A stretch of DNA of 64,000 nucleotides. Origin: Octopus vulgaris (taxonomy: Eukaryota). The DNA is taken from the NCBI GenBank assembly GCA_951406725.2, contig OX597816.1, forward strand, positions 88,288,001 to 88,352,000, given 5' to 3'. Below the pieces are notes generated by a model. The model was not told where the DNA came from and searched no databases. It saw only the letters and a list, made by a program, of their open reading frames with translations. The position numbers and the translations under genes are program-made. Shown here in pieces: positions 40,581 to 53,925 of the stretch (position 1 is the first letter of the stretch; every line of letters begins with the position of its first letter).

Positions 40581-41157
40581 TTATAAGAAATCTTAAAATC
40601 GGTAAAAGATGATACACACACAGACACACCCAGACACACAGACATACACACACACACACAGACACACAGACACACACACACACAGATACGCATACACACA
40701 CAGATATGCATACACATGTATACATTCCCTGTCACTTACTGTCATTTTCCTCTGTACTGAAACAGTCTATTCTACTCCATTACAAAAAGACTGTGTGAAA
40801 CGTCAGAACACACTCCACTGATTATATACGGGTGTAAGAAATCTATAATGTTACTAACAATTAGATGTCTTTCAGACATAGCTTCGATCCCACCTCCGCA
40901 CCATATAAGTCACGGCTGATCTGTTATTTTTGCTTAATCCTCTCCGTCATCTCAGTTTGTAACCTGTAAAATACACATACGCCCACACACACAGACTGTC
41001 TCTCACACATACATATATACATACATATTCACATACAATGGGCAACTTTTATGGAACCGAACTCAAGACTACAAATTTAGAAGCCACAGAGCCAAGCCTC
41101 GCCTTATAACCTGTTATGTAGATATATATACGAGTGTGTAGATAAACATATACATAC

Positions 41158-41192
<35 letters not shown>

Positions 41193-41305
41193 TCATAAAA
41201 TGTTTTATATATTCTACTCTGATATAAGCCAAAATATGTATGTAGATTCACATAATAATATGCATGAATGCACACATACTGAGACATACATACAGACTTA
41301 CATGA

Positions 41306-41346
<41 letters not shown>

Positions 41347-41833
41347 TGTGTGTGTATGTATATATATATACAAATAAGCATTCACAACAACCTAACTGAT
41401 ATCGTCTTCATCCCAAAGTAGAAGCCATATCAGAGACCAGTTCATTCGATATAGGAGAGAAGAAATCTTAATAAATATAATACGAATATGCATAAGTGTT
41501 CTCTGATATATCTAACGTCTAAGGCACAACATTCAAATAAAAGACACTTTCAATGTTTAAGTGGTACAGATATATATATGTTAATGCATTGAATAGCTAC
41601 AAAGCATTTGTTTATATCTATTTGTGAGGGATTTTGTGGTTTTAACTCCTCAGACTTTTTAATGATCTCCTGATTATGAGTTCTATGTGTAGTCGACATG
41701 AAAGGTCGTGTTGCAAGTCTCATTCACTATCGGTAGTATACGAGCCGACACTTCTCTTTCTTCTTCCTTCTAAATCTCTCTCTCTCTCTCCCTATATATA
41801 AATATATATATCAACTCGTGTGTTCCTTTTCAC

Positions 41834-41872
<39 letters not shown>

Positions 41873-41992
41873 TGTGTGTGTGTATGTATGCATGTATGTA
41901 TGCACATATATATATACATACATTCATATATAAGTATGTATAATCCTAGGTGTATTTTTATAGTATATATATATATATATATATATGTATGA

Positions 41993-42034
<42 letters not shown>

Positions 42035-42065
42035 TATATGTACGTATGTATGTATATATATAGAG

Positions 42066-42123
<58 letters not shown>

Positions 42124-42224
42124 CGAGAGAGATAGCGAGAAAGTATGCATATTCTTAGGTGTACGTTTGTGTAGAATTTATATATATAATTATATGTATA
42201 TATATATATTTAGAGTGAGAGAGA

Positions 42225-42267
<43 letters not shown>

Positions 42268-42589
42268 GGAGGAGAAAGAAGGAGAGGGGAACGGGGAGAT
42301 TTAAATATATGTATGTGTGAATAGGGTGTGTGAGGGCGGATGTTTGTGAAAGAAATGGTATATTTCTGGTGACAAGGAATACTGCAATCTGAATAGGAGA
42401 ACTGAATATCTTTGAGATAGAGGAATGAATATTTATTGAATATTATGCCTACAAATTTGTAAATACGGCTCTTTCTAAGACGTCATCAGAGGTATGCTCT
42501 GATGACTTCTAAGATAGAAAAGTTATGCTTTGATAACTTCTTCGAAAGAAACACATTAGTAAATCGGTAAGTATGTATATATATATGTA

Positions 42590-42661
<72 letters not shown>

Positions 42662-42742
42662 ATGTGAGTATATTTATATTTACATACGTGTATGAGCGTG
42701 TGCTCGTGATTGTCCGCCCGCGCCACCGTGCGCGAATGTGTG

Positions 42743-42821
<79 letters not shown>

Positions 42822-44728
42822 TTACATATATACATATATATTCATAAAGAGAAAGTTTAAGTAGATGTTTGGAGCAGAACACGATATTTTGGTGACTGTG
42901 TTTTCTTAAGTTTTAGACATGTTATATATTACATATTAGATCTTAAAATGCTGGTATTTTTGCAGTTGTTGTTATTGATGTTTAACACCACTCAGAGCTT
43001 ATCTAACATAACTATGACCAAAAATGTTCCATCCTCTATCATTCTGTCACTTTTTTATGACACTTTCCCCTCTTTCTTTTAAGACGATTGCGTTTGATAT
43101 GTAAGATACTTAACTGCATTTCTTAGCAAGTCCAGCGACTTGTATTGGCTGAGTTGTTGGATTGTGCATACTACGATTGTGTATGTGGGTGCATCATATG
43201 TTTCAGAGCATTTAAAAGCATATTGCTTTATCCTTGTCTATAATTGGTTTATTGATTCCTGCTTTGATCTCTGTTCAAGTCAGCTCAGCTTTCAGCTCAA
43301 ACCGGCATATCTTTATGATCATGTAATACAGATCGATACACATAATTGATGAAAAAATTTGGCAGCATGTTTCCTATTCTCTGATCAAATCCTACGCATA
43401 AATATATAATGTCTGCATATGGAATATAAGAAAAATATTATACGAACCATAGGCAAAAGCGCAAGAAATTTTGAGATTAGAGATATTCGGATGTTTCATC
43501 AAATTAAGCAAGTATGTAAACTTACGGAAAATAGCCCAGCTCTATTCAGTTATGTCTCTAAAATGTTAGCTCCTCCCGCTAGTGTAACACTGTTCAAAAC
43601 ATTTCGGCCCGTGCTGCTACTTCACTTACAATTTTACTGATAAAAGAAAACCCAGGAGATAATTAACAAAGATTCCTTCGCATAGACACAACAAGCGTTG
43701 TAAGCTTACGCATCCTTTCGTAACGTTTACAGAACAGTCTTGCATCTCAAGCAAGCTTGCTGCAAACCGTCACCACTCTGACCCACACGACACAACCTTG
43801 TCATCCTCTCTTTAACCATAGAATGTGACACCAACAAGCCCTATGCTGTTCACAACCCACTCCTCTAATACTTCTCCATAGACCATTAGCTGTCTGGAGA
43901 TAAATTCCTGCGTACATATTTTCCCGCAGATGAGCTATGGACACACAAACATTCTCTTCGTCAGCCTCATAAATTTTACAGGTCCTAATATAGTAATCCC
44001 ACCTTAGTCTTATGAAGCTCACAAGAGAACTAAAAGTAAGGAGGGAAGAACAGACAACTGAATCAAATTGAGATAGCACACAGCATTTCCGTTTGACTCA
44101 CTGAATTCTGCGATTAATGGTGATGTATATTTTCTGTCCCTCAAATTCCTCTTTAGACTAAAATAGAACATACTAGCTCAAGGTACAACACAATATAATG
44201 GAATCTAAGAGAATGGTACTGCAAACCAAACCTCATTTTTCATTGTTAAAAACTCATAAAACTAAGAAAATAAGACAAAAAGAATTTCTACAAAAATAAC
44301 GACGGAACCGCGACGCAAATGAAATATTGTAACACGAGTAAAACGAATTGCTTCAGCATTTAAATAAAAAGATAAACTAAATATTAAACAAGCAGACCCG
44401 AATCGGAAAAGGCTATTGATGTACTACTCGGCATAATTAAAACGGTGAACTTTCTTGAAATTAGGTAAGTTCGCTTATCGTTAAGAGTGGTCATCTATGA
44501 TATTTGGGCTATAGTTATTCTTCGAAAAAATTGTCTCGATATATCCTTCGAGTTATTCTTGAAGCATAAACTTTGTCTATTAGAATCACTCTGTATCGAC
44601 CTGGATACTCATACGTACGTAACCATTCACATATAAACACATAAAAATGGCATTTATGAATACTTTTGTATTTACCTATTTGAAAGCTGTTGTCTGCGTA
44701 TGTACTTGCATAAATATGTGTGTGGATA

Positions 44729-44775
<47 letters not shown>

Positions 44776-44780
44776 GCACA

Positions 44781-44830
<50 letters not shown>

Positions 44831-44919
44831 CACATACATATATGCTTGTTTGTATGTATATGTATATATATATATTTATATATATATATATTCATACATA
44901 TGAATATATGTATATAATC

Positions 44920-44970
<51 letters not shown>

Positions 44971-45571
44971 AACATACATGCAGAGATTTTGTATATATTT
45001 ATGTATATATGTATGCATGTGCGTGCGCATGTGAGTATGTATGTATGTATGTATGTATGCATGTATGTATGCATGTATGTATACAAAATCTTAAATTGAT
45101 GTGTAAATTGTCTATACGCGTATACAATCAACCTGCTGCTGACAGGGTCAATGGCTTAGTAAAGAATTTTGACATGGAAACTTTCCGTTTATATATCTAT
45201 ACTTCTGATGGAATCCTACAGAGGTTTTAATAACTAAGCATACCTATATGAATAGACTGACTGTCAGATAGATGGACGTAGTTTGGCATAAAGATACCGA
45301 TATAAATGCCAAAAAATATATACATAGTTATAAGTAAATACAATACAAATGGAAAAAGGAACAGTGTGAGGGAGACACGACTTTGGAAAAAAAGTACGAC
45401 AGACAGCATTAAATATGACACTGATAGGTCTATATAAGAAGTAGACAAAGTGAAAGACACATGAATGTATTTAAATATGTGTATGTATTTATGTGTGCAT
45501 TTATCTATCTATCTATCTATCTACATACAGACGAATATACACACGTATGTATGCATTTATGTAAGAATATA

Positions 45572-45638
<67 letters not shown>

Positions 45639-46005
45639 ATTTATGTACATACAGGTGTATATGTATGTATGTATATATGTATATGTAAATAAGCGTGTAG
45701 CTATGCTTATGCATATATGCACCCATATTCACACACACTTGTACATACCTGTATAGATGCAGTCATAAACTGCACTAAGAGGCTCTACTTTTGATATAAT
45801 AAACATAGGTATAATAAACACACATACATGGACACGCACGCATAGACAGAGATACACACAGAGATACAAACATACTCATATAGACTTGTAGATTGACAAT
45901 AAAATAGATAAACTGACAGAAACGAAGACAGGATGGGAGTATTTTACTAGTTTATTTATATTATTTACATTTTACGGATATTTGTCCTCATCTTGTTTAT
46001 TGTTA

Positions 46006-46045
46006 ACACGTTTCGGCTGATATACCCTCCAAACTTTATCAGGTG
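46006..46045 (-). ncRNA. Degenerate hammerhead (homolog of 56227-56270), probably inactive
   Basis: CAC-CTGATAA-AGTTTG GAGGGTATAT CAGCC-GAAACGTGT: G8A change, stem II mismatches and a deletion at the cleavage site. Confidence 0.55.
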
Positions 46046-46106
46046 CCTTGGGGGAAATTTCGAACCTGGGTTCTCATCCATTAGGCATTTTGCGATATTT
46101 TTGTTG

Positions 46107-46179
<73 letters not shown>

Positions 46180-46180
<1 letters not shown>

Positions 46181-46857
46181 TAGTTTTATTTTTATAGCGT
46201 GCTTTCACTTCACTACCGAGTACAGCTCTGTGTGCCTTGGGTATGTGCTGTGATTTGTTGTGATGCTCTGATGGTTATTGTATGGAAAGTGTTCTGCGTA
46301 GGATGTGTGCAGTGCCTAGTAGTGCAATTTTCTGTATGTTATATGTGTTTGTAAGTCCTGGTGTTTTTGTTATGTATTTGTCTGAATATTTTTTTATCAT
46401 GCCTAATGCACCTACTATGATAGGAATTGTTTCTGTTTTCAGATTCCACATTCTAGTTACCTCTATTTCCAGGTCTTTGTATTTTGAGAGTTTCTCCATT
46501 TCTTTTAGAGACACGTTGTCATCAGCCGGTATTGATACATCAATTAGAAAGCATTTTTTTTCTTCATGATCTCTGACAACTATATATGGTCTGTTGGCCT
46601 TAATTTCTCTATCTGTGTGTATCGGCATATCCCAGAGTATGGTTGCTTTCTCGTTTTCTGTGACCTTTTCTGGTGTGTGCCTATACCATCTTTTTTCTGT
46701 TGTTATTCCATAATGTTGGCATAGCTTCCAATGTATGTAGGTTCCAACTCTGTCATGTCTGTGAATATATTCCTTCTTAGCCAAGACTGGGCAGCTAGAG
46801 ATTATATGATTTATTGTTTCTTGTCCATCTCCACATATTCTGCAGTTACTTGTAATA

Positions 46858-46860
<3 letters not shown>
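46180..46860 (-). mobile_element. R4/Dong LINE 3' end (CCHC zinc knuckle, REL endonuclease, 3' UTR) inserted in (TAA)n
   Basis: CRICGDGQETINHIISSCPVLAKKEYIHRHD...ILWDMPIHTDREIKANRP.IV...LIDVSIP...KEMEKLSKYKDL...IPIIVGALG; open frame to the stop at 46275; (TTA)n on both sides. Confidence 0.92.
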
Positions 46861-46914
<54 letters not shown>

Positions 46915-46995
46915 CATCATCATCATTATTATTATTATGCAGGTCACTGCCAGGAATCGAACTCGGAATCTTGGGGTTAGTAGCCATATGAACGT

Positions 46996-47048
46996 GGGCA
47001 CAAGACGTAGTGGTTAAGAGCGCGGGCTACTAACCCCAAGATTCTGAG
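46996..47048 (+). repeat. Inverted, truncated copy of the tRNA-like head
   Basis: GACGTAGTGGTTAAGAGCGCGGGCTACTAACCCCAAGATTCTGAG; its 3' part is the reverse complement of 46961-46985. Confidence 0.75.
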
Positions 47049-47065
47049 CTTAACTCTCTCATATC

Positions 47066-47113
47066 GTCTCTGATGAGGGGATATTCTTCATATTCCTGAA
47101 ACAGCTGTAAGAC
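47066..47113 (+). ncRNA. Canonical type I hammerhead motif
   Basis: GTCT-CTGATGA-GGGGATAT TCTTC ATATTCCT-GAAA-CAGCT-GTA-AGAC. Stem I GTCT/AGAC, palindromic ACAGCTGT stem III, GUA cleavage triplet. Confidence 0.85.
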
Positions 47114-47227
47114 TACCTTTCTCTTTATAAATGTCCTAGAAATTTCACACTGCCTTGGCTTTGTTGTCTCATTTTATTTAACACACACACGCCAACACAC
47201 ACACATACACACACACATACACACAGA

Positions 47228-47261
<34 letters not shown>

Positions 47262-47328
47262 TATGTATATGTATGTATATATATATATATATATACGAGC
47301 GAGAATGAAGCAACAAGAATGGATAGGT

Positions 47329-47419
47329 TTTTAGTACAATCGTTTCATACAAGGACAGGTTTTATTAAAAGTTGCAAAAATTACAGCATATAAACGTGTC
47401 CCGTACTCATCAGCTAAAA
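47329..47419 (-). ncRNA. Type I hammerhead motif with long stem II (left arm)
   Basis: Exact reverse complement of 47807-47897. Confidence 0.75.
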
Positions 47420-47806
47420 TACATGTGAGTTCTCTAGACATCCTAATGGTTGAGGCTATACTCATGAAGTAATGTAGATAATTAAGTAACATAAACAGAT
47501 TTCAAAAGTTCATTAAAGTTCTTTAAAGATGATGTACAGTCTTATCACAGAATTTTAAAAAAGTCTTAATAGCATCACAGAGAAGGTGACCCAATCTATA
47601 GTGCACATATGAATTCATATGTGCACTATAGATTGGGTCACCTTCTCTGTGATGCTATTAAGACTTTTTAAAATTCTGTGATAAGACTGTACATCATCTT
47701 TAAAGAACTTTAATGAACTTTTGAAATCTGTTTATGTTACTTAATTATCTACATTACTTCATGAGTATAGCCTCAACCATTAGGATGTCTAGAGAACTCA
47801 CATGTA

Positions 47807-47897
47807 TTTTAGCTGATGAGTACGGGACACGTTTATATGCTGTAATTTTTGCAACTTTTAATAAAACCTGTCCTTGTATGAAACGATTGTACTAAAA
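47807..47897 (+). ncRNA. Type I hammerhead motif with long stem II (right arm)
   Basis: TTTTAG-CTGATGA-GTACGGGACACGTTT...AAACCTGTCCTTGTAT-GAAA-CGATT-GTA-CTAAAA; 6-bp stem I and a ~60-nt stem-loop II. Confidence 0.78.
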
Positions 47898-48042
47898 ACC
47901 TATCCATTCTTGTTGCTTCATTCTCGCTTATAATCACCCCACATTACTGTATTGTTAAATCAGTATAGTTTTTTTTTGGTGCATCTAAGTTAGGTACCAT
48001 ATTCAAGTAAATTCATTTAAATTAACTTGAATCTTTATTGCT

Positions 48043-48107
<65 letters not shown>

Positions 48108-48859
48108 TGTATGCATGTATGCATGTATACATCCCTCTAGCTATCTCTCTCTCTGTGTGCCCGTGCATGCTATAAAATAGTAATTTTACGTGAGGAAGGC
48201 AGAGACAATTTCTTATGTCAAATACACTCACATAATGTAAACGAAAGATTAAGGACAGCACACGAGACATATTTCGATATGTTTGGGCCAAAATTTCCCT
48301 GGGCAAGCATTATGCGGTATTTGTTCATCCATTTACTGGTAAAGCTTTATAATAGTGATTTCTGCTCAGTGAAACTCTTTGGTTGTCAGTGTTAGGAGAT
48401 AGTGTCTGGCTATATTTTATATTTGTTGCATCCCCGTGTAGCCGCTTTTTTTCTCTCGCTCGTCTTGAGCTTTTCCATGGCGAGGTTACATTCAAACTTC
48501 AAGCATTATCTTATGAACAGACAATTCTGACGTAGTTAAGGATGGGAAATGCACAACCCTTGCTTTCTAGGCATCCATATTTAAGGTCAGACTGTATTTG
48601 GTGCTGAAGGGAGAGAACACCCATTTTCCGTTATCTTATATGAACAAGTGACATTTATATCTCTACAGCATAAGAGATGTAACAAAGAGCAAGAACAAAC
48701 AGTTGTCAGAGTGGCTGGATCCGATCCAAATTCACAGATACCTTGAACATGATATCGGCACGTTCTTCGGTGGGGGAAGAGATAATTATTCTATTTGTCC
48801 TGTGTAGTGGAGAGAGAAATCTACTCTAACACCAGGTAAACTTACATAATGTTTTTCAT

Positions 48860-49427
48860 ATGTAGACTCTCAGAGTCCAAGTATTATGACGGCTAATTGA
48901 GCCATTTAACTTAAATGTAGCTTCATCACAACAAACAATCGCTTTTAGACAGAGTGCAGCAAGTATCACTCTTCGGTTCGGTTCATCTTCAATGTGAGTA
49001 TGGACTTGAACGATAATCTTTCTAATGAGAGCACTTTTAAAAACGATCAATGTTTTGATTTTGAAATTCCTATCTCCTTTATAGTTTGCCGCACAGATTT
49101 TCTTCGACCCTAACTATACGTTTCTAGAACTCTTTCTTGCTTTGTTGGAATTGTCTGCAACCTTTCAGAACAGTTCCATCTACTTCAAACTTATCTCTAT
49201 TTCGAGTGATGGTAAATCGCATAGGTAGATCTGTTTGAAACACCCTCCTAGATTGCCTTTGCACTTCGACTACGTTTTCAAACTTCCAGTCGCAATTTAA
49301 GGTAAATTTCCTTTGGTCAAAGCTGGATCTTTTCATTATTTCTAATAGGTTAATTTTGAAAGGAAATGAAAATTAAGTCAGCTATCAAAAATTAAACTGT
49401 GTATACATTTTTTAGAACATCCTGCAT
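48860..49427 (-). mobile_element. Tc1/mariner-superfamily transposon 5' fragment (DUF4817-type HTH; possibly DD41D group)
   Basis: TIR-like CAGGATGTTCTAAAAAATGTATACACAGTTT; ORF WKFENVVEVQRQ.RR.F.TD.P.RFTITR.RDKFE.DGTV and IVCCDEATFKLNGSISRHN. Confidence 0.8.
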
Positions 49428-49941
49428 ACACATGTACAATTCTTGAAAGGTAGCGACAGATACAGAACATGCTAGGGAGAAAGAAAGTGTGTGAGAGAGA
49501 GAGAGAAAGAGAGAAAGGGAGAAATAAGAAGAGAAAGACACTGGTAGTCAGAGAACTAGTGAAATTAAATGAGATGTAGGTAGTATAAGCTCATAAGGAG
49601 AAAGTGGGATATAGATAGAAAGTGATAGACATTGAAATAATATTTTATATAGAATCGTAACTAAATGTAATATAAAAGCTTACATTTCCAAGAAGCAGGG
49701 TAATAATACATATTTTTCCATAACTATACATAACTAACGCATATGCTATAAAGAATTTATTTTCAAAATGATATACAGTAGACCAAATTCTGTGTAAGAC
49801 GTAAGAGCATAGCCTTGTGAACCAAAACAAAACGAAATCCAGGTAAACTTTTCATTCAATGTTCATGTTTCGAGTTGAATATATTGATTAAGTCTTGGAG
49901 ATAAAGGGTAGACATTATTGTTGCTGCTGCTGCTGATGATG

Positions 49942-50016
<75 letters not shown>

Positions 50017-50291
50017 TGTTGTTGTTGTTGTTATCATAATCATCATCATCATCATCATCATCATTATTATTGTTATTGTTATTATTATTATTATTATCAT
50101 TATTATTGTTATTATTATTATTATCATTATTATTATTAACAAATATATTTTTACAATAAAAATAAACGAAACACTGACTTTTCATATATTTTTGATAAAA
50201 TCTGAAAATAAAGCGCACAAATTCATGTCGCTATCTCCCACTCTCTCTCCTTCTCTTCACACACACACGTACACATATGTATTTAAGGATA

Positions 50292-50339
<48 letters not shown>

Positions 50340-51370
50340 CATAAATATGTACATATACTAGAAACACATATAAACACACATGCACACATACATAGAAACA
50401 TGTAAATGTGCGCGTATGCATTAGAATTAGAGATATATTTAAAGTATGAGTAAAGATCCTGTTTTTAGGTTTAGCATTATGTTTAGTTTTCCCAAAATTT
50501 CCATGTATTTCTTCATCCTTGGTTGTAGGAGACAGATTAATGTAGAAAGATTTATGAGGAACCTTTAACATTACATTTACATATAGAAACACTCACAAAC
50601 ACACAAACTATCTTATGATTGCATATTCATTTATGTATATAAAATGTGTGTCTGTGTGTGTGTGTGTGTCTGTGTGTGTGTATGTGTGTGTGTGAGTGCG
50701 TATGAAGATTTTCTTTTATAACAAATGTATTGCATTACTTACAAGTTAGTTATGTATATTTTTCTTCCAAATTGTTCAGTTGATGATGCACCACTCCAAT
50801 GTAACCCGGAAAATATTTTCTGTTGCTGTTTGCTGACTTCTTCGATGGTTTCTGTTTACTGAATCTAGTGTCCTCACAGGGTAGATTTCAGCTCTAAAAT
50901 CCTTAATCACTAAGAAGGAAGCAATACAATGGATTCAGAGAAAATATTCAAGATTATTGAAAAATGATTGGAAAGCAGGCGCTGCATGCCTTATTGCACA
51001 TTAATACAACATTGGACAAGTCAGTTGATTTAATGTTCCCCTTTCAATCAATTTCGAACAATTTCAAACTAATTTCAACATCATTGAGGTCAATTGTATG
51101 TTGAATTTACTGATGATTGTTCATTTAGCATTAGATACTAAAGATCAAGTGACCTGCCTTCTTGGATTTGGGATTGACGGTTCATCCATATCCATTAAAT
51201 TATCGATAAAAGCCACTACTTGCAAAGGCTTCCTTGGAGTAAGCGGCGAACTCTATCAGTCGAAACCTAATCCTGTGATTCGGCTTTTGTATGTTTCCGA
51301 AATTTAGCAATCTTGAGGTTAGGGAAGCTGCTACACACGCACGCGCGCGCACACACAGACGCACAACACA

Positions 51371-51460
<90 letters not shown>

Positions 51461-53589
51461 CACACATACATACACATATATAGAAATATGCAAAAAAGAA
51501 CAGGACAACCTTAAATTTTCTTTACAACTTCACCACCGAATAGGTGGCCAGCCATGTTAAAATCTAAAACGCTCATCAGAAAGAGTAAAAAAATCTACCT
51601 ACCTACTTAGCTTCCTGTCTACCTTCGTCCTTACCTAACTGGCTAGTCATCTAGCTACCTACATACCCACCTATCTACCTACTTGCCAACCTACCTACCT
51701 ACTTACCTACCTACATACATACATACATACATACATACATACATACATACATACATACATACATACATACATACATACATACATACCTACATACCTACTT
51801 ACCTATCTACCTACCTACCTGCCTGTGAACATATCTACCTACCTACATTCCTACTTATCTAACTGGCTAGCTAGCTACCTACCTACCCCCCGCCTTCCCT
51901 ACTTACCTATCTCCCTTCCTCCCCCTCCCGCTCTCCCTCCATCCCTCCTTCCCTACCCACCTACATACCTACCTACCTACATACCTACCTACCTACCTAC
52001 CTACCTAACTAACTAACTAACTATTTAACTAACTAACTACATATGTATATATACGTACATAATTTATGTAGAAACGAATACTTCAGATATATGCGATCGT
52101 TACAGAATAGCTTGATGCATACTAGCATGTGATGAAAACAATCAGGATAAAATATCCTTCGCATATATTATCAGCAATTCATAAATCATATGCAGCATTT
52201 TGCTTGAGAACTTTTTTCTTTTCCAATTCCTCATTTAATCATTATACCTGTATGATAGTATTGAATATGATATCTGTATGATCGTATTGAATATGTTGCT
52301 ATTGAATATAGTGTATTGAATATGTTGATTTATGTAATATCTCTATGCGAGAAAATTATCATTATGTCGAAGTATAACATATACGTCTACTAGAATTAGA
52401 TATAACTTAAAACTTGCCATTTGAAAACGCATCAAGTTAACGGTGTATATTATTGATATTCTCACAAATGTCAACAAAATCTAGACAATTGTGTTTGAAT
52501 ATCTTCCGATATTATTCATTCAGCGGGGTTAGAATTAGTTATAACATACGACTGACATATACAATGTCTCGTCAATGCCGACCAATACGCACACAAGCGC
52601 ACAACCACACACGCATACGCACATTCATACGCATACACGAACGCAACATCCACACGCACGCAGTTTTTGACACATAAACATCAGCATGTGTTAAAAATAT
52701 TTAATCATTGGAAAGCATATACTTTTCTATCTGACTATGAACTCCTAAAATGTTTGTACATATGCAGATACACTTTAAGATTTTTCCGAATTTTCTTCTG
52801 TAAACAAAGAATTGTTAACTAGCCAATCTTCCATCATCTGAATATATAATAACGATTTCTTTCATAGATGCAAGACCTTAAATTTGGAGGATGGCATTAT
52901 AGACCTCGGTAATTGAATGGTACCTTACTTTAGACGCCGAACGACCGAAAGGTAAAGGTGATCGCAGCGAGATTGGGGACAGGGAACAAAGAATTGTAAA
53001 CAAATACCGTTCTAACGGTTCTAGCTATACGCAGCTTTTTAATTAATAACACTAAGTTTAGCACAGGGATAACAGTTTTGAGAAGAGGGGGTTACTTAAT
53101 ATCATTGACTTTAATACGAGATGGGCCTTCATTTTATAAACATCGGAGAGATAAAAGATAATGTTAATCTCGTCCGAATGTGATCTTAGAATGTAAATAG
53201 CTGAAATAAATACCACGAAAATTATTACAGTTACAAAAGCCATGAATCGAAATTTTAGAAGACTGTTGATTCTAGTTTATCATTATGAATCGAAAACACG
53301 TCGATGGATTGACAGAATTTTTAGAGGGTCGAATAAAGTGTCCCGTGGTTTGTCTTCCAAATCTAGCTTTGCTTTTCAAACTTTCAACATCGAGAAAATG
53401 ATGGACCAGTTAAGTACTGGGTTCGATGGGTTTCACTATTCCTCTTCCCTCAAGATTTCTGGCCTTGTGCCTAAATTACTTCATCATTATGAACCTAAAC
53501 TAGTTATCATGATTGCTTAGTAAATACTTTGCATGTGCTACTTACTTCAACTTTTGAGGTTTTGAGGTTCTGTACAGCTCTGTAAAGGT

Positions 53590-53925
53590 CCTTCGTCTCA
53601 GAGATGACATGCACTTTGTAAATAATGTAATTCGGAGGAAAACCGAAAATCAGCAACACATATTCTTAGATATGATAATAGATAAATGCGCCCTTTTAAA
53701 GCTTAGCCAGTCACATGGGCCCGGTTTCCCGATTTCAATGGCGTATGTGTTCCCCAGCTGGACGGGACGCCAGTCCATCGCAGCGTTAATCATTTTTGCC
53801 AGCTGAGTGGACTGGAGCAACGGGAAATGAAGTGTTTTGCTCAAGAGCACAACGCGTCGCCCGGTCCAGGAATCAAAACCAAAATCTTATGATCATGATG
53901 CTGACACCCTTGATCATGATGCTGA
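53590..53925 (-). mobile_element. tRNA-derived SINE related to family C
   Basis: CAGCTGAGTGGACTGGAGCAACGGGAAATGAAGTGTTTTGCTCAAGAGCACAACGC is the reverse complement of the core in 21743-22071; B-box remnant GGAATCAAAACC. Confidence 0.75.

Larger units (their letters stand above)
45955..46985 (-). mobile_element. Composite PLE-derived element: tRNA-like head, (TAA)n, hammerhead, tail; interrupted by a Dong LINE
   Basis: tRNA-like 3' half at 46940-46985, (TTA)n at ~46860-46938 and ~46100-46178, degenerate HHR at 46006-46045. Segment 45960-46100 is homologous to 56180-56320. Confidence 0.75.
47298..47928. repeat. 631-bp near-perfect palindrome (PLE-type inverted pLTR duplication)
   Basis: Centre GAA|TTC at 47613/47614 with no spacer; arms of 316 and 315 bp differ only by a 1-bp indel in an A/T run. 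The right arm continues uniquely to ~48048, then (TA)n. Confidence 0.92.

Noticed and set aside
44395-44470. Possible host exon ending at AG|GTAAGT (~44464)
   Set aside because: An isolated donor-like site with no convincing acceptor, partner exons or recognisable protein.
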